A stretch of 64,000 nucleotides of DNA, from positions 256,001 to 320,000 of the forward strand of contig CAVWFS010000001.1 of the NCBI GenBank assembly GCA_963754315.1. Direction: 5' to 3'. This DNA comes from an uncultured Candidatus Rokubacteria bacterium. Its GTDB lineage: Bacteria; Methylomirabilota; Methylomirabilia; Rokubacteriales; CSP1-6. Below the pieces are notes generated by a model. It did not search any database. It saw only the letters and a list, made by a program, of their open reading frames with translations, and was not told where the DNA came from. Below are positions 34,440 to 44,940 of this stretch, in pieces (within the stretch, counting starts at the first letter, position 1; each line of letters begins with the position of its first letter). The translations under genes were made by a program, and so were the position numbers.

Positions 34440-34858
34440 CCGACTGTGTCTTCTGCAAGATCCGGGATGGAGCGATCCCGTCCGTGAAGATTTACGAGGA
34501 TGAGCGGACACTGTGCTTCATGGACATCAATCCCTTGAACCGAGGTCATTGCCTGATCGTCACCAAGCGGCACGCCGCCACCATCTGGGAGTCGAGCGTC
34601 GAGGAGCTGGGCGCCGCCATGGAGACGGCCAAGCGAATAGCCCTTGCCCTGCGTGAGGCCCTGCAGCCGGACGGTCTCAACCTGCTGCAGGCCAATGGCG
34701 CCGCCGCCTTCCAGTCGGTCCCGCACTTTCACCTGCATCTGATCCCACGCTGGACGAACGATGGCAAGGGATTCGACTGGCCGCTCGTGCCTGGCGAGCG
34801 CGGCGCCATCGTGGCCGCTGGAGACAAGATCAGGGCGGCCCTCGGAGGACGGCAATGA
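34436..34858 (+). CDS. HIT family hydrolase
   Basis: [25 protein letters not shown]. Confidence 0.92.
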   Translation: MTDCVFCKIRDGAIPSVKIYEDERTLCFMDINPLNRGHCLIVTKRHAATIWESSVEELGAAMETAKRIALALREALQPDGLNLLQANGAAAFQSVPHFHLHLIPRWTNDGKGFDWPLVPGERGAIVAAGDKIRAALGGRQ

Positions 34859-35262
34859 TGAGCGAGCGCAAGGTTCGTGTCGTGGTCGCCAAGCCCGGGC
34901 TTGACGGGCACGATCGGGGCGCCAAGATCGTGGCCCGCGCGCTGCGTGACGCGGGCTTCGAGGTGATTTACACGGGATTGCACCAGACCCCCGAGCAGGT
35001 GGTGGCCACTGCCATCCAGGAAGATGCCGACGCCATCGGCCTCTCCGTCCTTTCCGGAGCCCACAACTACCTCTTCCAGCGTGTCCTGGAACTCTTGAAG
35101 GAGAAGGGGGTCGACGACATCGTGGTTTTCGGGGGCGGGATCATTCCCCCCGAGGACGTGGCGGCGCTGAAGGCGATGGGGGTCAAGGAGCTGTTCACGC
35201 CGGGCACCTCCACCCAGGACATCATCCGGTTCGTTCACGAGCACATCCGCGCGTCGGTGTAG
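34855..35262 (+). CDS. icmB: Cobalamin-binding small subunit of acyl-CoA mutase
   Basis: [10 protein letters not shown] (DxHxxG), SVLSGAH, GGIIP, FTPG. Confidence 0.8.
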   Translation: MMSERKVRVVVAKPGLDGHDRGAKIVARALRDAGFEVIYTGLHQTPEQVVATAIQEDADAIGLSVLSGAHNYLFQRVLELLKEKGVDDIVVFGGGIIPPEDVAALKAMGVKELFTPGTSTQDIIRFVHEHIRASV

Positions 35263-35294
35263 CGGCGCGAGGGACGATGGAAGGCAGGCAGGCG

Positions 35295-35547
35295 ATGAGC
35301 GACGAAGCGCTGCGAGCAGAGCTCGAGCGGTTGCGCGCAGAGAACGAGGCCCTGCGCGCCCGACCCGCCCGGGGCGTGTCGCTTCAAGGTGAGCGAAAAG
35401 GGCGGGGTATCGGTGTACGGACTCGGCCGCTTCCCGGTGACGCTCTACAAGGAGCAGTGGTTGCGGCTGCTCGACATGGCCGACGACATCCGGGCCTTCA
35501 TCCGCGAGCACGAGGCAGCCCTGAAGGCGAAGGAACCGCGCGGGTGA
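35295..35547 (+). CDS. Conserved-looking small hypothetical protein (frameshift near 35380)
   Basis: Coiled coil [15 protein letters not shown], then [25 protein letters not shown]. Confidence 0.7.
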
Positions 35548-35548
35548 G

Positions 35549-36694
35549 ATGGACTTCGCGCTGACCGACGACCAGCGTCGCCTGCGCGAGGTGGCGCGCG
35601 AGTTCGCGGAGGCGGAGCTCGGGGACAAGATCGCCCCGTACGACGAGCGGAACGAGTTTCCCCACGCGATCGTGAGCAAGCTGGGAGAGCTGGGTTTTCT
35701 CGGCGTGCTGGTATCCCCCGAGTACGGTGGGGCCGGGCTCGACTACGTGTCCTATGCCCTGATCGTGGAGGAGCTGAATCGAGGCGATGCCTCCGTCGGC
35801 ATCACCATGTGGGCGCACAACTCGCTGTGCACCAACCACATCGCGCTCTTCGGCTCGTCGGCGCTTCGCGAGACCTATCTGCCGCGCCTGGCGCGTGGCG
35901 AGATGCTGGGCGCGTGGGGGCTGACGGAGCCGGGGTCGGGTTCAGACGCGGCTGCCCTCCGCACGCGCGCCGAGCTCAATGGGAACCAATGGGTGCTGAA
36001 CGGCGAGAAGGCCTTCATCACCAATGCGAGTGTGGGTCGTGTGGCCGTCGTCATGGCGCGCACCGATCCCGAGAAGGGGCCGAAGGGAATCTCTGCGTTC
36101 GTCGTCGAGAAGGGCACGCCGGGCTTCACGGCGGGCAAGCCCTACCGTAAACTCGGGCTGCACGCCTCCGACACCGCCGCGCTGATCTTCGAGGACGCTC
36201 GGGTGCCCGACAGCAATCTCTGCGGCGCGCGCGGCATGGGGTTTGTCAACGCCATGCAGGTGCTGGAGGGTGGCCGCATCGCCATGGCGGCCATGGCGGT
36301 CGGCATTGCCCAGGCGGCCCTGGATCAGGCCGTGAAGTACATGAAGCAACGATCGGCCTTCGGCAAGACCCTGGCGGAATTCAATGGGTTACAGGGGATG
36401 ATCGCGGAGGTGGCCACGGAGGTCGAGGCCGCCCGGCTGCTGACCTTGCAGGCCGCCTACTTGAAGGATCAGGGACGACCGGCCATGCACACAGCGGCTA
36501 TGGCCAAGCTCTTCGCCTCGGAGACGGCCATGCGGGCGGCCACCAGGGCGGTTCAGATCCACGGCGGCGCCGGTTACATCACGGAGTTTCCCGTCGAAAG
36601 GATCTTCCGCGACGCCAAGCTGACGGAGATCGGCGAGGGCACATCGGAGATCCAGCGCCTGGTGATCGCGCGCGAGATCTTGCGTCTCGGGTGA
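35549..36694 (+). CDS. Acyl-CoA dehydrogenase
   Basis: [38 protein letters not shown]. Confidence 0.92.
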   Translation: MDFALTDDQRRLREVAREFAEAELGDKIAPYDERNEFPHAIVSKLGELGFLGVLVSPEYGGAGLDYVSYALIVEELNRGDASVGITMWAHNSLCTNHIALFGSSALRETYLPRLARGEMLGAWGLTEPGSGSDAAALRTRAELNGNQWVLNGEKAFITNASVGRVAVVMARTDPEKGPKGISAFVVEKGTPGFTAGKPYRKLGLHASDTAALIFEDARVPDSNLCGARGMGFVNAMQVLEGGRIAMAAMAVGIAQAALDQAVKYMKQRSAFGKTLAEFNGLQGMIAEVATEVEAARLLTLQAAYLKDQGRPAMHTAAMAKLFASETAMRAATRAVQIHGGAGYITEFPVERIFRDAKLTEIGEGTSEIQRLVIAREILRLG

Positions 36695-36818
36695 CGGCCG
36701 CCGCCGGCTCTCCGCTCATCCAGATCGCCGCCGTCTCCAAGCAATACCAGAGCGTACGGCCGGTGAGCCTTGCGACGTGCGATCTGGCTCGTGCCGGCGG
36801 TCACTCCGCGCCAGATCG

Positions 36819-38042
36819 TCACAACGACTGGAGGAAGGCGAGGAGATCCGCTTGCTCGGCGGGACTGAGCGCGAGGAAGGCGTCGCGGGCGATGAGCCCC
36901 TCGCCGCCGTGCAAGGCGATCGCCCGGGTGAGGTCGGACGTTCGCCCGTCATGCAGGTAGTATTTCCGCGCGCGGAGACCCCATAGCGGCGGCGTGCGCC
37001 AGCGCCCCCCGCCCACGTCGCCGTCCGGGATGCGATCGTCGAGGGGCACGCCCAAGTAGTGCGTGAGGAGATCGGAGTAGAGCGGCACCTCGACCGCGTT
37101 GAAGGCAGGATTCGAGCTGGGGCCGGTCTTCATGACCGGCGTATGGCACGCGACACAGCCGACCTTGGCGAAGAGGGAGTCCCCGCGGCGAACGGCGTCG
37201 GTGATGGGCCCGCGCGGCGGCCCGCTCAGGAATGTCAGGTACGCGGTGATGCTGGTCAGCCTGGCCCCATCGGCATCCTCGAGATCGGGTGTCCGCTTGC
37301 ACCCGGGAGGAATGGGCTGGCCCTGAGGAGACAGCTCGTTCGGGTACAGGAGATTGGTAATCCCGAGTTCACCGATCAGCGCGAGCCCGACGAAGTCGGA
37401 GACGGTCGCGACCGAGGCCTTCCAGCCGAACCGGCCAATGATCCCGTTCGCCGTATTCGGCCGGCCGGCGATGCCGTCGCGGTTGGCATCCGTCGGGTCC
37501 GCCCGGGCCAGGATGGTGGCTTCGGGGATGGCTTGGATGAGGCCGAGCCCGAAAAGAGGGGAGGGCTGACGGGGCCCGACGGTCGTCGCCTCACGGGGAA
37601 CCACCTCGCCGCTCAGTTTGCAGTCAGGCAAGTCCTCGGCCACGCTCCGGCTCTGGATGGTCGGGCCGCCGAGGTTGAGCAGCGCGTTGAACGGCATGCT
37701 GGGGGTTTGCAAGCCGAATCGATCGGAATCCTGCAGACCGACGCGCCCGAAGCGGGTCACGAAGGTCGCCTCACTCTTGCCGCTACCCGCCGTCGTCGGG
37801 ATGCTGTGGCACGCCAGGCAACTCCGGTCGTTGAAGACCGGCCCGAGCCCTGTCTGCACGGTTTCGGTGGCCATGAACCGCCGGCGGCCCTCGTTGAAGC
37901 TTGCCAGCATGTCAGCTGGGAGATTCGCTACAGGGGAACCGGGCTGAGGGTCAGTCTGGGCGGTCAGCAGGCGCACGGTCCCCGGGATCTCGAATAGTGC
38001 CACGACGGCGAGCAGCGCCGTGACGAGCCAGCGCATGCGCAT
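36819..38042 (-). CDS. Di-haem oxidoreductase (DHOR, PF06537-like), exported
   Basis: Signal peptide; GLGPVFN..CLACH; GRFGWKA; CVACH; WRTPPLWG; YLHDGR. Confidence 0.88.
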   Translation of the reverse strand: MRMRWLVTALLAVVALFEIPGTVRLLTAQTDPQPGSPVANLPADMLASFNEGRRRFMATETVQTGLGPVFNDRSCLACHSIPTTAGSGKSEATFVTRFGRVGLQDSDRFGLQTPSMPFNALLNLGGPTIQSRSVAEDLPDCKLSGEVVPREATTVGPRQPSPLFGLGLIQAIPEATILARADPTDANRDGIAGRPNTANGIIGRFGWKASVATVSDFVGLALIGELGITNLLYPNELSPQGQPIPPGCKRTPDLEDADGARLTSITAYLTFLSGPPRGPITDAVRRGDSLFAKVGCVACHTPVMKTGPSSNPAFNAVEVPLYSDLLTHYLGVPLDDRIPDGDVGGGRWRTPPLWGLRARKYYLHDGRTSDLTRAIALHGGEGLIARDAFLALSPAEQADLLAFLQSL

Positions 38043-38115
38043 AACCCTTCCTCCACGCGTAATGTAGCCGTCTCTACTAGTCCGAAGTCAAGATCAGAGC
38101 TAGCATTATTGAATC

Positions 38116-38144
38116 TTGCCAATTACGATCGTAAATAGTATTAT
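38116..38144 (+). promoter_or_regulatory. Sigma70-like promoter with palindromic operator in spacer
   Basis: TTGCCA-17 bp-TATTAT; TTACGATCGTAA perfect palindrome at 38123-38134. Confidence 0.7.
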
Positions 38145-38165
38145 TCGCCCGAACACAGAGAAAGT

Positions 38166-38768
38166 ATGGCGTTCTATCCGATCTTCCTGGATTTGAGTGG
38201 GCGCCGGTGTGTCGTGGTCGGCGGCGGCGCGGTGGCGGAGCGTAAGGCGGACAGCCTGCGCGCGGCCGGCGCCGCCATCACTCTGGTGGCACCCCAGCTC
38301 ACCCGAGGGCTGCAATCGCTGGCGGCAGCCGGGCAAATCCGTCACATCGCACGCTCTTTCCGAGCGCGGGATCTGGCCGGGGCCTACCTCGCTATCGTGG
38401 CGGTCAACGATTCCCGCGTGAGGGCCGAGGTGTCAGCGGCGGCTCGGAAGCGGCAGATTTGGGTCAACGCTGCCGACGATCCTGCGCGGTGCGATTTCAT
38501 CCTGCCTGCCGTGCTCCGACGTGGCCCCCTCGCCATCGCCGTCAGCACCGGCGGCACGAGCCCTGCGCTGTCCCGGGTCGTTCGCGATTGGCTGGAGGCT
38601 GAACTTCCGGCAGAGCTGTCCGCGCTCGCGTCGGCGGCCGCTACGGTGCGCCACGACCTCCGCGCGGCCGGGCGAATGCCCTCGGCGGCCGCCTGGCGCG
38701 CGGCACTCGAGCCAGAGATCCGGGCGCGGCTCGTGCGAGCTCTCGAGCACGCCGGAGGACCCCTGTGA
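38166..38768 (+). CDS. Precorrin-2 dehydrogenase/ferrochelatase (CysG N-terminal, SirC/Met8-like)
   Basis: YPIFLDL, VVGGGAVAERK, VNAADDP..CDF, STGGTSPAL. Confidence 0.9.
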   Translation: MAFYPIFLDLSGRRCVVVGGGAVAERKADSLRAAGAAITLVAPQLTRGLQSLAAAGQIRHIARSFRARDLAGAYLAIVAVNDSRVRAEVSAAARKRQIWVNAADDPARCDFILPAVLRRGPLAIAVSTGGTSPALSRVVRDWLEAELPAELSALASAAATVRHDLRAAGRMPSAAAWRAALEPEIRARLVRALEHAGGPL

Positions 38769-39524
38769 GGCCGGCCACCGTCTATCTGGTCGGCGCGGGT
38801 CCTGGTGATCCTCGTCTCATCACCGTGCGCGGCCTCGAGGTGCTGCGCCGTGCCGACTTTGTCGCCTACGACAGACTCGTGAGTGAGGAACTGCTCGCCG
38901 AGGCGCCGTCGTGGGCTGAGCTGGTCTTCGTCGGTAAGGCACCTGGCAATCATTGCATCCCGCAGCGGGAGATCTCTGCGCTGCTCATCGATGCGGCCCG
39001 GCGCGGGCTCGACGTCGTGCGGCTCAAGGGGGGCGATCCGTTCGTGTTCGGCCGGGGCGGAGAAGAGGCGCTTGCTCTGGCCGCCGCCGGTATTCCCTTC
39101 GAGATCGTGCCGGGAGTGTCGTCGGCCTTGGCGGTACCGGCAGCCGCTGGGATCCCTCTCACTCATCGTGGCCTTGCGTCCTCCTTCGCCGTGGTCACCG
39201 GCCACGACGAGGCCTCGAGCGGCACTCCGACTCGATGGGAGGAGCTCGCCACGGCTGTAGACACGCTCGTGCTGCTGATGGCGGTGGCAAGCCTCGAGCG
39301 TCTGGCCACCGCGCTCGTGACGCATGGCCGCCCCGCCACCACCCCGGTGGCGGTGATCCGCTGGGGGACCACTTCGCAGCAGGAAGTCGTGTTCGGGACC
39401 CTGGCCGATATCGCCGAGCGCGCCGCCGGGATCGAGCCGCCGGCTGTCGTCGTCATCGGCAAGGTTGTAGGATCTGGCTGGCGCTCTGGCTCCGGCCCAG
39501 AAGGTGGAGGAGTACGCAGCATGA
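38765..39524 (+). CDS. cobA: Uroporphyrinogen-III C-methyltransferase (probable +1 indel near 39470)
   Basis: VGAGPGDP, YDRLV, RLKGGDPFVFGRGGEE, PGVSS, THRG. Confidence 0.88.
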
Positions 39525-41218
39525 GTGACGCGGCTCTCAAGGAGACCAAGGCCCAGCGCGCAGAGCGACTCAAGCAGGCCCTGAACCCGTGGGACCACCT
39601 CACCGAGATCGAACGCTTTGCCCGGTCCGGTCATGCCTCCATCCCCCCGGAGTGGAACACGTACTTTCGATGGTGGGGCGTCTACAGCCAGGGGGACGGG
39701 CAGGGGGTGACGGGCGGCAAGGGTGGAGAGGGAAAGGCCGTCCCCTATTTCATGGTCCGTATCCGGATTCCGAATGGTGTGCTTCTCTCCCACCAGCTCC
39801 GGACGATCGCTGACCTCGCCGAGCGCTACGCGCGCGGCATCGGCGATCTCACCGTGCGCGAGAACGTCCAGCTCCACTGGGTACGGATCGAAGATCTCCC
39901 CGATCTCTTCCGGCGCCTGGCGGGCGCGGGACTCACCAGCATGGGTGCCTGTGGCGACGACACGCGCAATATCACCGGCTGCCCCGTGGCTGGTGTCGAT
40001 GCCGATGAGATTGTGGACGCCTCACCGCTGGTGCAGGCCGCCACCCGCATGCTCAACGGCAACAGCGCGTTTTACAATCTGCCGCGCAAGTTCAAGATCT
40101 CGATCACGGGCTGCCGCGTCTGGTGCTCGTATCCCGAGATCAACGACATCGGCCTCACCGCTGTCGAGCACCCCGTCACCGGCGAGGTCGGCTTTTCCGT
40201 GCGGGTCGGCGGTGGCCTCTCGACCAATCCTCACCTCGCGCCGAAGCTGAACGCTTTCGTGCACTGGAATCAGGTCCTGCCTGTCGTGCGAGGCATCGCC
40301 GAGATCTTTCGCGACAGCGACGTGCTCCGACAGGATCGGGAGAAGGCGCGGCTCAAGTTCCTGTTCCTCAGCCACGGCTGGACGCCCGAACGGTTCGAGA
40401 AAGAGCTCGAGCAGCGTCTGGGTTGGCGCCTCGACCCGGCGGTGGCCGAGACGCCGCCGGCGGACGTGTATCGCGACCACGTGGGTTTCCACGTTCAGAA
40501 GCAGCCCGGCTACTCCTACGCCGGCCTCGCCGTGCTGCGGGGCCGCCTGTCGCCCTACCAGATGCGAACCGCGGCTGACCTCGCCGACCGCTATGGCAGC
40601 GGTGAGCTGCGGACGACGGTCATGCAGAATCTGCTGATCCTGAACATCCGCCCCGAGGGTGAGGCAGAGCTCGCGGTAGCGGTGGAGCGAGCCGGCCTCC
40701 GCTTGCACGCTTCGCCGTTCTGGCGCGGCGCCATCGCCTGCACCGGGGCCGAGTTCTGCAAGCTGGCCCTCACCGAGACCAAGGGGTTCACCGCGTGGTT
40801 GGTGGGCGAGCTGGAGGCGCGGTTACCGGGCTATCAAAACCATCTCAAGATCCACGTGACGGGGTGCCCGAACAGCTGCGGGCAGCACTGGATCGCCGAC
40901 ATCGGTATTGAAGGCAAGAAGATCAAGGCGGGCGGCGAGCTGGTCGATGCCTACTACTTCTGCGTCGGCGGCGCGGTGGGACGCTATCAGGCGACAGCTC
41001 GTCCCGTCGGGTATCGCTGTCCGGCGACGGAAGTCCCAGCGGCGATCGAGCGCCTGCTCCGGCGTTATCTGGAGATCAGAGAACCGGGGGAAAACTTCCG
41101 CCAGTTCGCGGCGCGCCACGAGGAGACGGCCTTGCGCCAGATGCTGGCTGGTGGCGACACGATAGCGGTCGCGCGCGATCCGATCCCGGGCCGGGTGCCC
41201 CACGGCGTCGATGCATAA
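39521..41218 (+). CDS. Siroheme nitrite/sulfite reductase (ferredoxin-type hemoprotein)
   Basis: GGAGGAG RBS; NLPRKFK; CTGAEFC; TGCPNSC. Confidence 0.9.
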   Translation: MSDAALKETKAQRAERLKQALNPWDHLTEIERFARSGHASIPPEWNTYFRWWGVYSQGDGQGVTGGKGGEGKAVPYFMVRIRIPNGVLLSHQLRTIADLAERYARGIGDLTVRENVQLHWVRIEDLPDLFRRLAGAGLTSMGACGDDTRNITGCPVAGVDADEIVDASPLVQAATRMLNGNSAFYNLPRKFKISITGCRVWCSYPEINDIGLTAVEHPVTGEVGFSVRVGGGLSTNPHLAPKLNAFVHWNQVLPVVRGIAEIFRDSDVLRQDREKARLKFLFLSHGWTPERFEKELEQRLGWRLDPAVAETPPADVYRDHVGFHVQKQPGYSYAGLAVLRGRLSPYQMRTAADLADRYGSGELRTTVMQNLLILNIRPEGEAELAVAVERAGLRLHASPFWRGAIACTGAEFCKLALTETKGFTAWLVGELEARLPGYQNHLKIHVTGCPNSCGQHWIADIGIEGKKIKAGGELVDAYYFCVGGAVGRYQATARPVGYRCPATEVPAAIERLLRRYLEIREPGENFRQFAARHEETALRQMLAGGDTIAVARDPIPGRVPHGVDA

Positions 41219-41292
41219 GCTCGTCCAGGGGCTGCGGTCTCCTTCGTCATGCGAGCGGGCAGACGGGCACCGGATCTCGCCCGCCTAGGCCT

Positions 41293-41721
41293 TCAGGAAA
41301 GGGCGAGGAGCGCAATGCGCTCGGCCCGGGCCGCCTGGTTGAGCCGCGTGTCGTAGGCGAGCAGCTGGACGTCTCCGGCTAGTTGGTTTCTGAGATAGAC
41401 GCAGGAGGCGAGCTGGATAGCGTCGCCCGAGCGCAGCACGTGTCGAGCCAGCCACGTCATGCTAGCGTGCGAGATCTCTGGCGTCAGCTCGACGACGTAG
41501 AGTGACGCGATGTCCGCCCGGAGCGCGACCAGGGCACGGTCCCGCTCGCGCCGCGAGAGAGTTCCTTCGTGGCAACGTCGGCAGAGCGCCGACGCCACCT
41601 CCACCTCGGATAGGCGGCTGGTAGCGATGCTGGCGCCGGTCAACGCCCGGCGGACGGCGGCGCTGGCCTCTTCCTCGACGTAGCGCTTCACCAGCGCACT
41701 AGCGTCGATGTAAACGGTCAG
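41293..41721 (-). CDS. vapC: VapC PIN-domain toxin
   Basis: YIDASALVKRY, EVEVASAL, LRSGDAIQLA, YDTRL; start appears to be CTG overlapping the antitoxin TGA. Confidence 0.85.
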   Translation of the reverse strand: MTVYIDASALVKRYVEEEASAAVRRALTGASIATSRLSEVEVASALCRRCHEGTLSRRERDRALVALRADIASLYVVELTPEISHASMTWLARHVLRSGDAIQLASCVYLRNQLAGDVQLLAYDTRLNQAARAERIALLALS

Positions 41722-42005
41722 AAGCGATCCTCCCGATCTTCCACCACGGCTCGGGCCAGCGACGTTCCCTTGTGCCGGATGGGACGAAACCGAGCAAGGC
41801 GGGCCGGCAACGTTCTCGACAGGTACCCGAGAGCCACCAGCTGGTCGAGGCGCGCGGCCGTGCCCGCCTTTGCGAGCACGATGGGCCGAAGCTCCGCCAC
41901 CGGCTCGCCACGGTCGGTGACCACGATGGTGCGGCCCCGCCGGACCTCCCGCAGATAGCTGCCCAGCCGCGTCTTCAGTTCACGGGCGCCCACCGCCCTC
42001 GCCAT
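41718..42005 (-). CDS. Phd/YefM-family antitoxin
   Basis: VGARELKTRLGSYLREVRRG, VTDRGEPVAEL. Confidence 0.9.
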   Translation of the reverse strand: MARAVGARELKTRLGSYLREVRRGRTIVVTDRGEPVAELRPIVLAKAGTAARLDQLVALGYLSRTLPARLARFRPIRHKGTSLARAVVEDREDRF

Positions 42006-42026
42006 GCTCAATCCCCCAAGTACTTG

Positions 42027-42047
42027 ATGTGGTCATTGTGACCACAT
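42027..42047. promoter_or_regulatory. Operator of phd-vapC
   Basis: ATGTGGTCA-ttg-TGACCACAT perfect 9-bp inverted repeat. Confidence 0.75.
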
Positions 42048-42221
42048 TAGAACCAGGAGCTGTCAAGCCGCACGCTGCCACGAGCCATGCGACGCCGCCG
42101 AGCGTCCAAGGAGGCGTGGCGCCCTCCGAAAACTCGCCAGCGAGCCCGTGATCGGGGATAGTGTTGGACCATGGGCCGGCTCGACGGAGAGCCGGCGGAT
42201 CCCCGGATCGGGAGGACAGGG

Positions 42222-43403
42222 ATGGCAAGCGCTGATGTGGTGGTCATCGGAGGTGGGGCGAACGGTACCAGTACCGCCTTTCACCTCGCCTCAATGGGTG
42301 TGCACAGGGTCATCCTCGTCGAGCGGCGGGGCTTGGCGGCGGGGGCGACCGGCAAGTCCGGGTCGCTCGTGCGTACCCATTACACCAACGAGGCGGAGTC
42401 GCGCCTGGCCTTCGAGAGCCTCAAGGTCTTCCGGACCTTTCGCGACGTCACCGGCGCCGACTGCGGGTTCGAGCCCATCGGCTTCGTGCAGATCGTGGGG
42501 CGAGGCTACGAGGAAGCCCTGGCCCGCAACGTCGACATGCAGGAGGGCATCGGGATCAAGACGACCATGCTCTCCACCGATGATCTGCGTCGTCTCATGC
42601 CCGGTATCCGCGTGGAGGACATCGGGGGCGCCGCCTGGGAACCCGACTCCGGGTTTGCCGATCCGAACGCCACGACTTTCGCGTTTGCGGCGGCCGCCCG
42701 CCGGCTCGGGGTGGCCATTCGTACCGAGTGCGAGGCCACGCGCATCGTCACCGCGGGCCATCGGGTGGTGGCGGTCGAGACGTCGGAAGGCCGCATCGAC
42801 ACACCGGCAGTGGTACTGGCGCCAGGCGCCTGGGGCAATCGACTGCTCGCGCCGTTAGGCCTCGACTTCGATCTCACCCCGCACCGCGTGCAGATCTCGG
42901 TCTTCCGCTGGCCGGAGGAGGTGCGCGATCGGCCCCACATGGTGGTGATCGATTCCATTCATCACTCCTGGATCCGCCCCGAGGGCTGGCAGTCGACTCT
43001 TATTGGCGTGGAGCTCGGCGTGACTCACGCGGACCCCGATCACTTCAATGAAGGTGTCGATCCCGACTACGTGACCCTCTGCCGAGAGCGCCTGTCCGCC
43101 CGCTTCCCCCTCTTCGCGGGCGCCACCATGCGTGGGGGATGGTCCGGAATGATCATGATGAGCCCGGATGGCCGTCCGATCATCGACCACGTTCCGTCCG
43201 TTCACGGGCTCTATGTGATGCTGGGAGACTCAGGGACCTCGTTCAAGACGTCCCCGGCCATTGGCAAGTGTCTGGCCGAGTGGATCGTCAACGGTCAGGC
43301 GCGGACGGTCGATCTGTGGCCCTTCCGCTCCACGCGCTTCGCCGAAGGCACCCCCTGGGTCGACGAGAACCACTACGGCGGACGCGGGACTATTTCTCGC
43401 TGA
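42222..43403 (+). CDS. FAD-dependent oxidoreductase (DAO/sarcosine oxidase beta-like)
   Basis: VVIGGGANG, GATGKSG, SPDGRPII, GTSFKTSPAIG. Confidence 0.88.
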   Translation: MASADVVVIGGGANGTSTAFHLASMGVHRVILVERRGLAAGATGKSGSLVRTHYTNEAESRLAFESLKVFRTFRDVTGADCGFEPIGFVQIVGRGYEEALARNVDMQEGIGIKTTMLSTDDLRRLMPGIRVEDIGGAAWEPDSGFADPNATTFAFAAAARRLGVAIRTECEATRIVTAGHRVVAVETSEGRIDTPAVVLAPGAWGNRLLAPLGLDFDLTPHRVQISVFRWPEEVRDRPHMVVIDSIHHSWIRPEGWQSTLIGVELGVTHADPDHFNEGVDPDYVTLCRERLSARFPLFAGATMRGGWSGMIMMSPDGRPIIDHVPSVHGLYVMLGDSGTSFKTSPAIGKCLAEWIVNGQARTVDLWPFRSTRFAEGTPWVDENHYGGRGTISR

Positions 43404-43428
43404 GCGATTTCATCGCCCAGCGAGTCAT

Positions 43429-43578
43429 GGGGGGCCTCGGCGGCCCCCCAAGCCCCCCAACGTTCGGGGCGCCCCGGGAAACCCGGGGCACCCCTCGTCA
43501 TACGCTCGCTTTTGGGGCCTCGGCGGCCCCCAAGCCCCCCAACGTTCGGGGCGCCCCGGGAAACCCGGGCACCCCTCG
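43429..43578 (+). repeat. Two-hairpin repeat family, two tandem copies
   Basis: GGGGCCTCGGCGGCCCCC..AAGCCCCCCAACGTTCGGGGCGCCCCGGGAAACCCGGG(G)CACCCCTCGTCA twice. Confidence 0.88.
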
Positions 43579-43648
43579 TCACACGCCAGCTCTGGGCCTG
43601 GCCTCATCGCCGAGAGGCTCGTGGTGGGTCGGCTTGATGTAGGTGATT

Positions 43649-44073
43649 CTAGAGCCGAGCGCTCCAAGGGGCGCGCGAGACGCGACGTACGAGCACCCTC
43701 ACTGTCGGGCCGGTGAACTGAGTTATTTGCCCCTCCATCTTGTCATCACCGACCGTCAACTCGCCCGTCCACACGCCTGCAGCGCTGCGGACGGTGAAAT
43801 GGAAAGGTCCCCACCCACGCGCCCTTCGAGAGGACCAGACCCGTCACGGGTGAACCCGACCAATGAGACCGTGCCAGTCACCTTTGGCCCTTCTTGGTGG
43901 AGCTCGAGGGTCGCAGTCCTTTGAGCGCCGCCCGGGCTTGTCGAGCGCCCTTCCCAGCTGCCTGAGACATCGACGGTCACCAAGGTGGCCTCAATCCAGT
44001 CGGGACGTGTGACACATCCGCACGTGAACAGCAGGACCGCAGCGGTGAAGGTCGCCCAGGCTGTCTTCACCAT
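43649..44073 (-). CDS. Small putative lipoprotein (frameshift near 43800)
   Basis: LLFTCGC lipobox-like; TLVTVDVSGSWEG; LELHQEGPKVTG; continues WTGELTVGDDKMEG. Confidence 0.6.
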
Positions 44074-44121
44074 CTTCTGCCTCCCACGAAGGCTATGTCC
44101 ACACTCTAGCCGATGCGGCGG

Positions 44122-44940
44122 TCAATCTTTCAGGGAGCCGGCGAGGAGGCCGCGGACGAGGTAGGGCTGGAGCGCGATGACGATGATGACGGGCGGCAGG
44201 CTGGTCAGGATCGACGCGGCGGCGATGTCGCCCCAGGGGACCTCGAAGACACCCGGAAACAGGGCCAGCGCCACCGGCACGGTGCGGCTCGCCTCGGTGG
44301 CCGTGAAGGTGTAGGCGTACAGGAACTCGTTCCAGCTCAGCAGGAACGTAAGCAGCGCTACCGACGCCGCTCCCGGCGCCACCAGAGGCAGCACGATCCA
44401 CCGAAAGATCTGTCCGCGCTTTGCCCCGTCGAGGGAAGCCGCCTGTTCCAGCTCCACTGGAATCTCGCGGATGAAGCCAGCGAGCAACCAAATGACAATG
44501 GGCAGCCCGAGCGCGGTGTGGGCAAGCACGAGGGCCGTCCAAGTGTCGCGCAGGGCGAACGCGCGCATGACCAGGTACAAGGGGCTCACGGTGGCGATCT
44601 GTGGAAGGGCGGTGGCGGCCACGATGCCCAGCAGGAGCCAGCTCTTGCCCCGGATCGGCAGCCGGGCGATAGCGTAGGCGGCCAGGAGCCCAAGAGTGAC
44701 GACGAGTGCAGTGGTGAACAGCGCGATCGCCAGGCTGTTGCCGAGCGCCCTGGGAAGCAGGCTCTGCTCGAACACCACGCGGTAGTGTTCCAGGGTGAAC
44801 CGCGTGGGCAGTAGGGGAGGCAGACGGAGAAGCTCCGCCTCTGGCTTCAACGAAGTCAGCGCCTGCCATGCGTAGGGGAGGGCGTAGATCCCCAGCAGGA
44901 TGAGCACGGCCACGTCGCGCCCGAGTCCTGCCCGCTTCAC
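44122..44940 (-). CDS. Carbohydrate ABC permease (MalG/SugB-like)
   Basis: IPVELEQAASLDGA, WNEFL, VRGLLAGSLK. Confidence 0.9.
   Translation of the reverse strand: MKRAGLGRDVAVLILLGIYALPYAWQALTSLKPEAELLRLPPLLPTRFTLEHYRVVFEQSLLPRALGNSLAIALFTTALVVTLGLLAAYAIARLPIRGKSWLLLGIVAATALPQIATVSPLYLVMRAFALRDTWTALVLAHTALGLPIVIWLLAGFIREIPVELEQAASLDGAKRGQIFRWIVLPLVAPGAASVALLTFLLSWNEFLYAYTFTATEASRTVPVALALFPGVFEVPWGDIAAASILTSLPPVIIVIALQPYLVRGLLAGSLKD

Noticed and set aside
38765..41218. 817-aa CobA-sulfite reductase fusion
   Set aside because: Removing one G near 39470 gives VVDLAGALAPAQKVEEYAA* with TGA overlapping the reductase ATG, which has its own GGAGGAG RBS; likely an indel artefact
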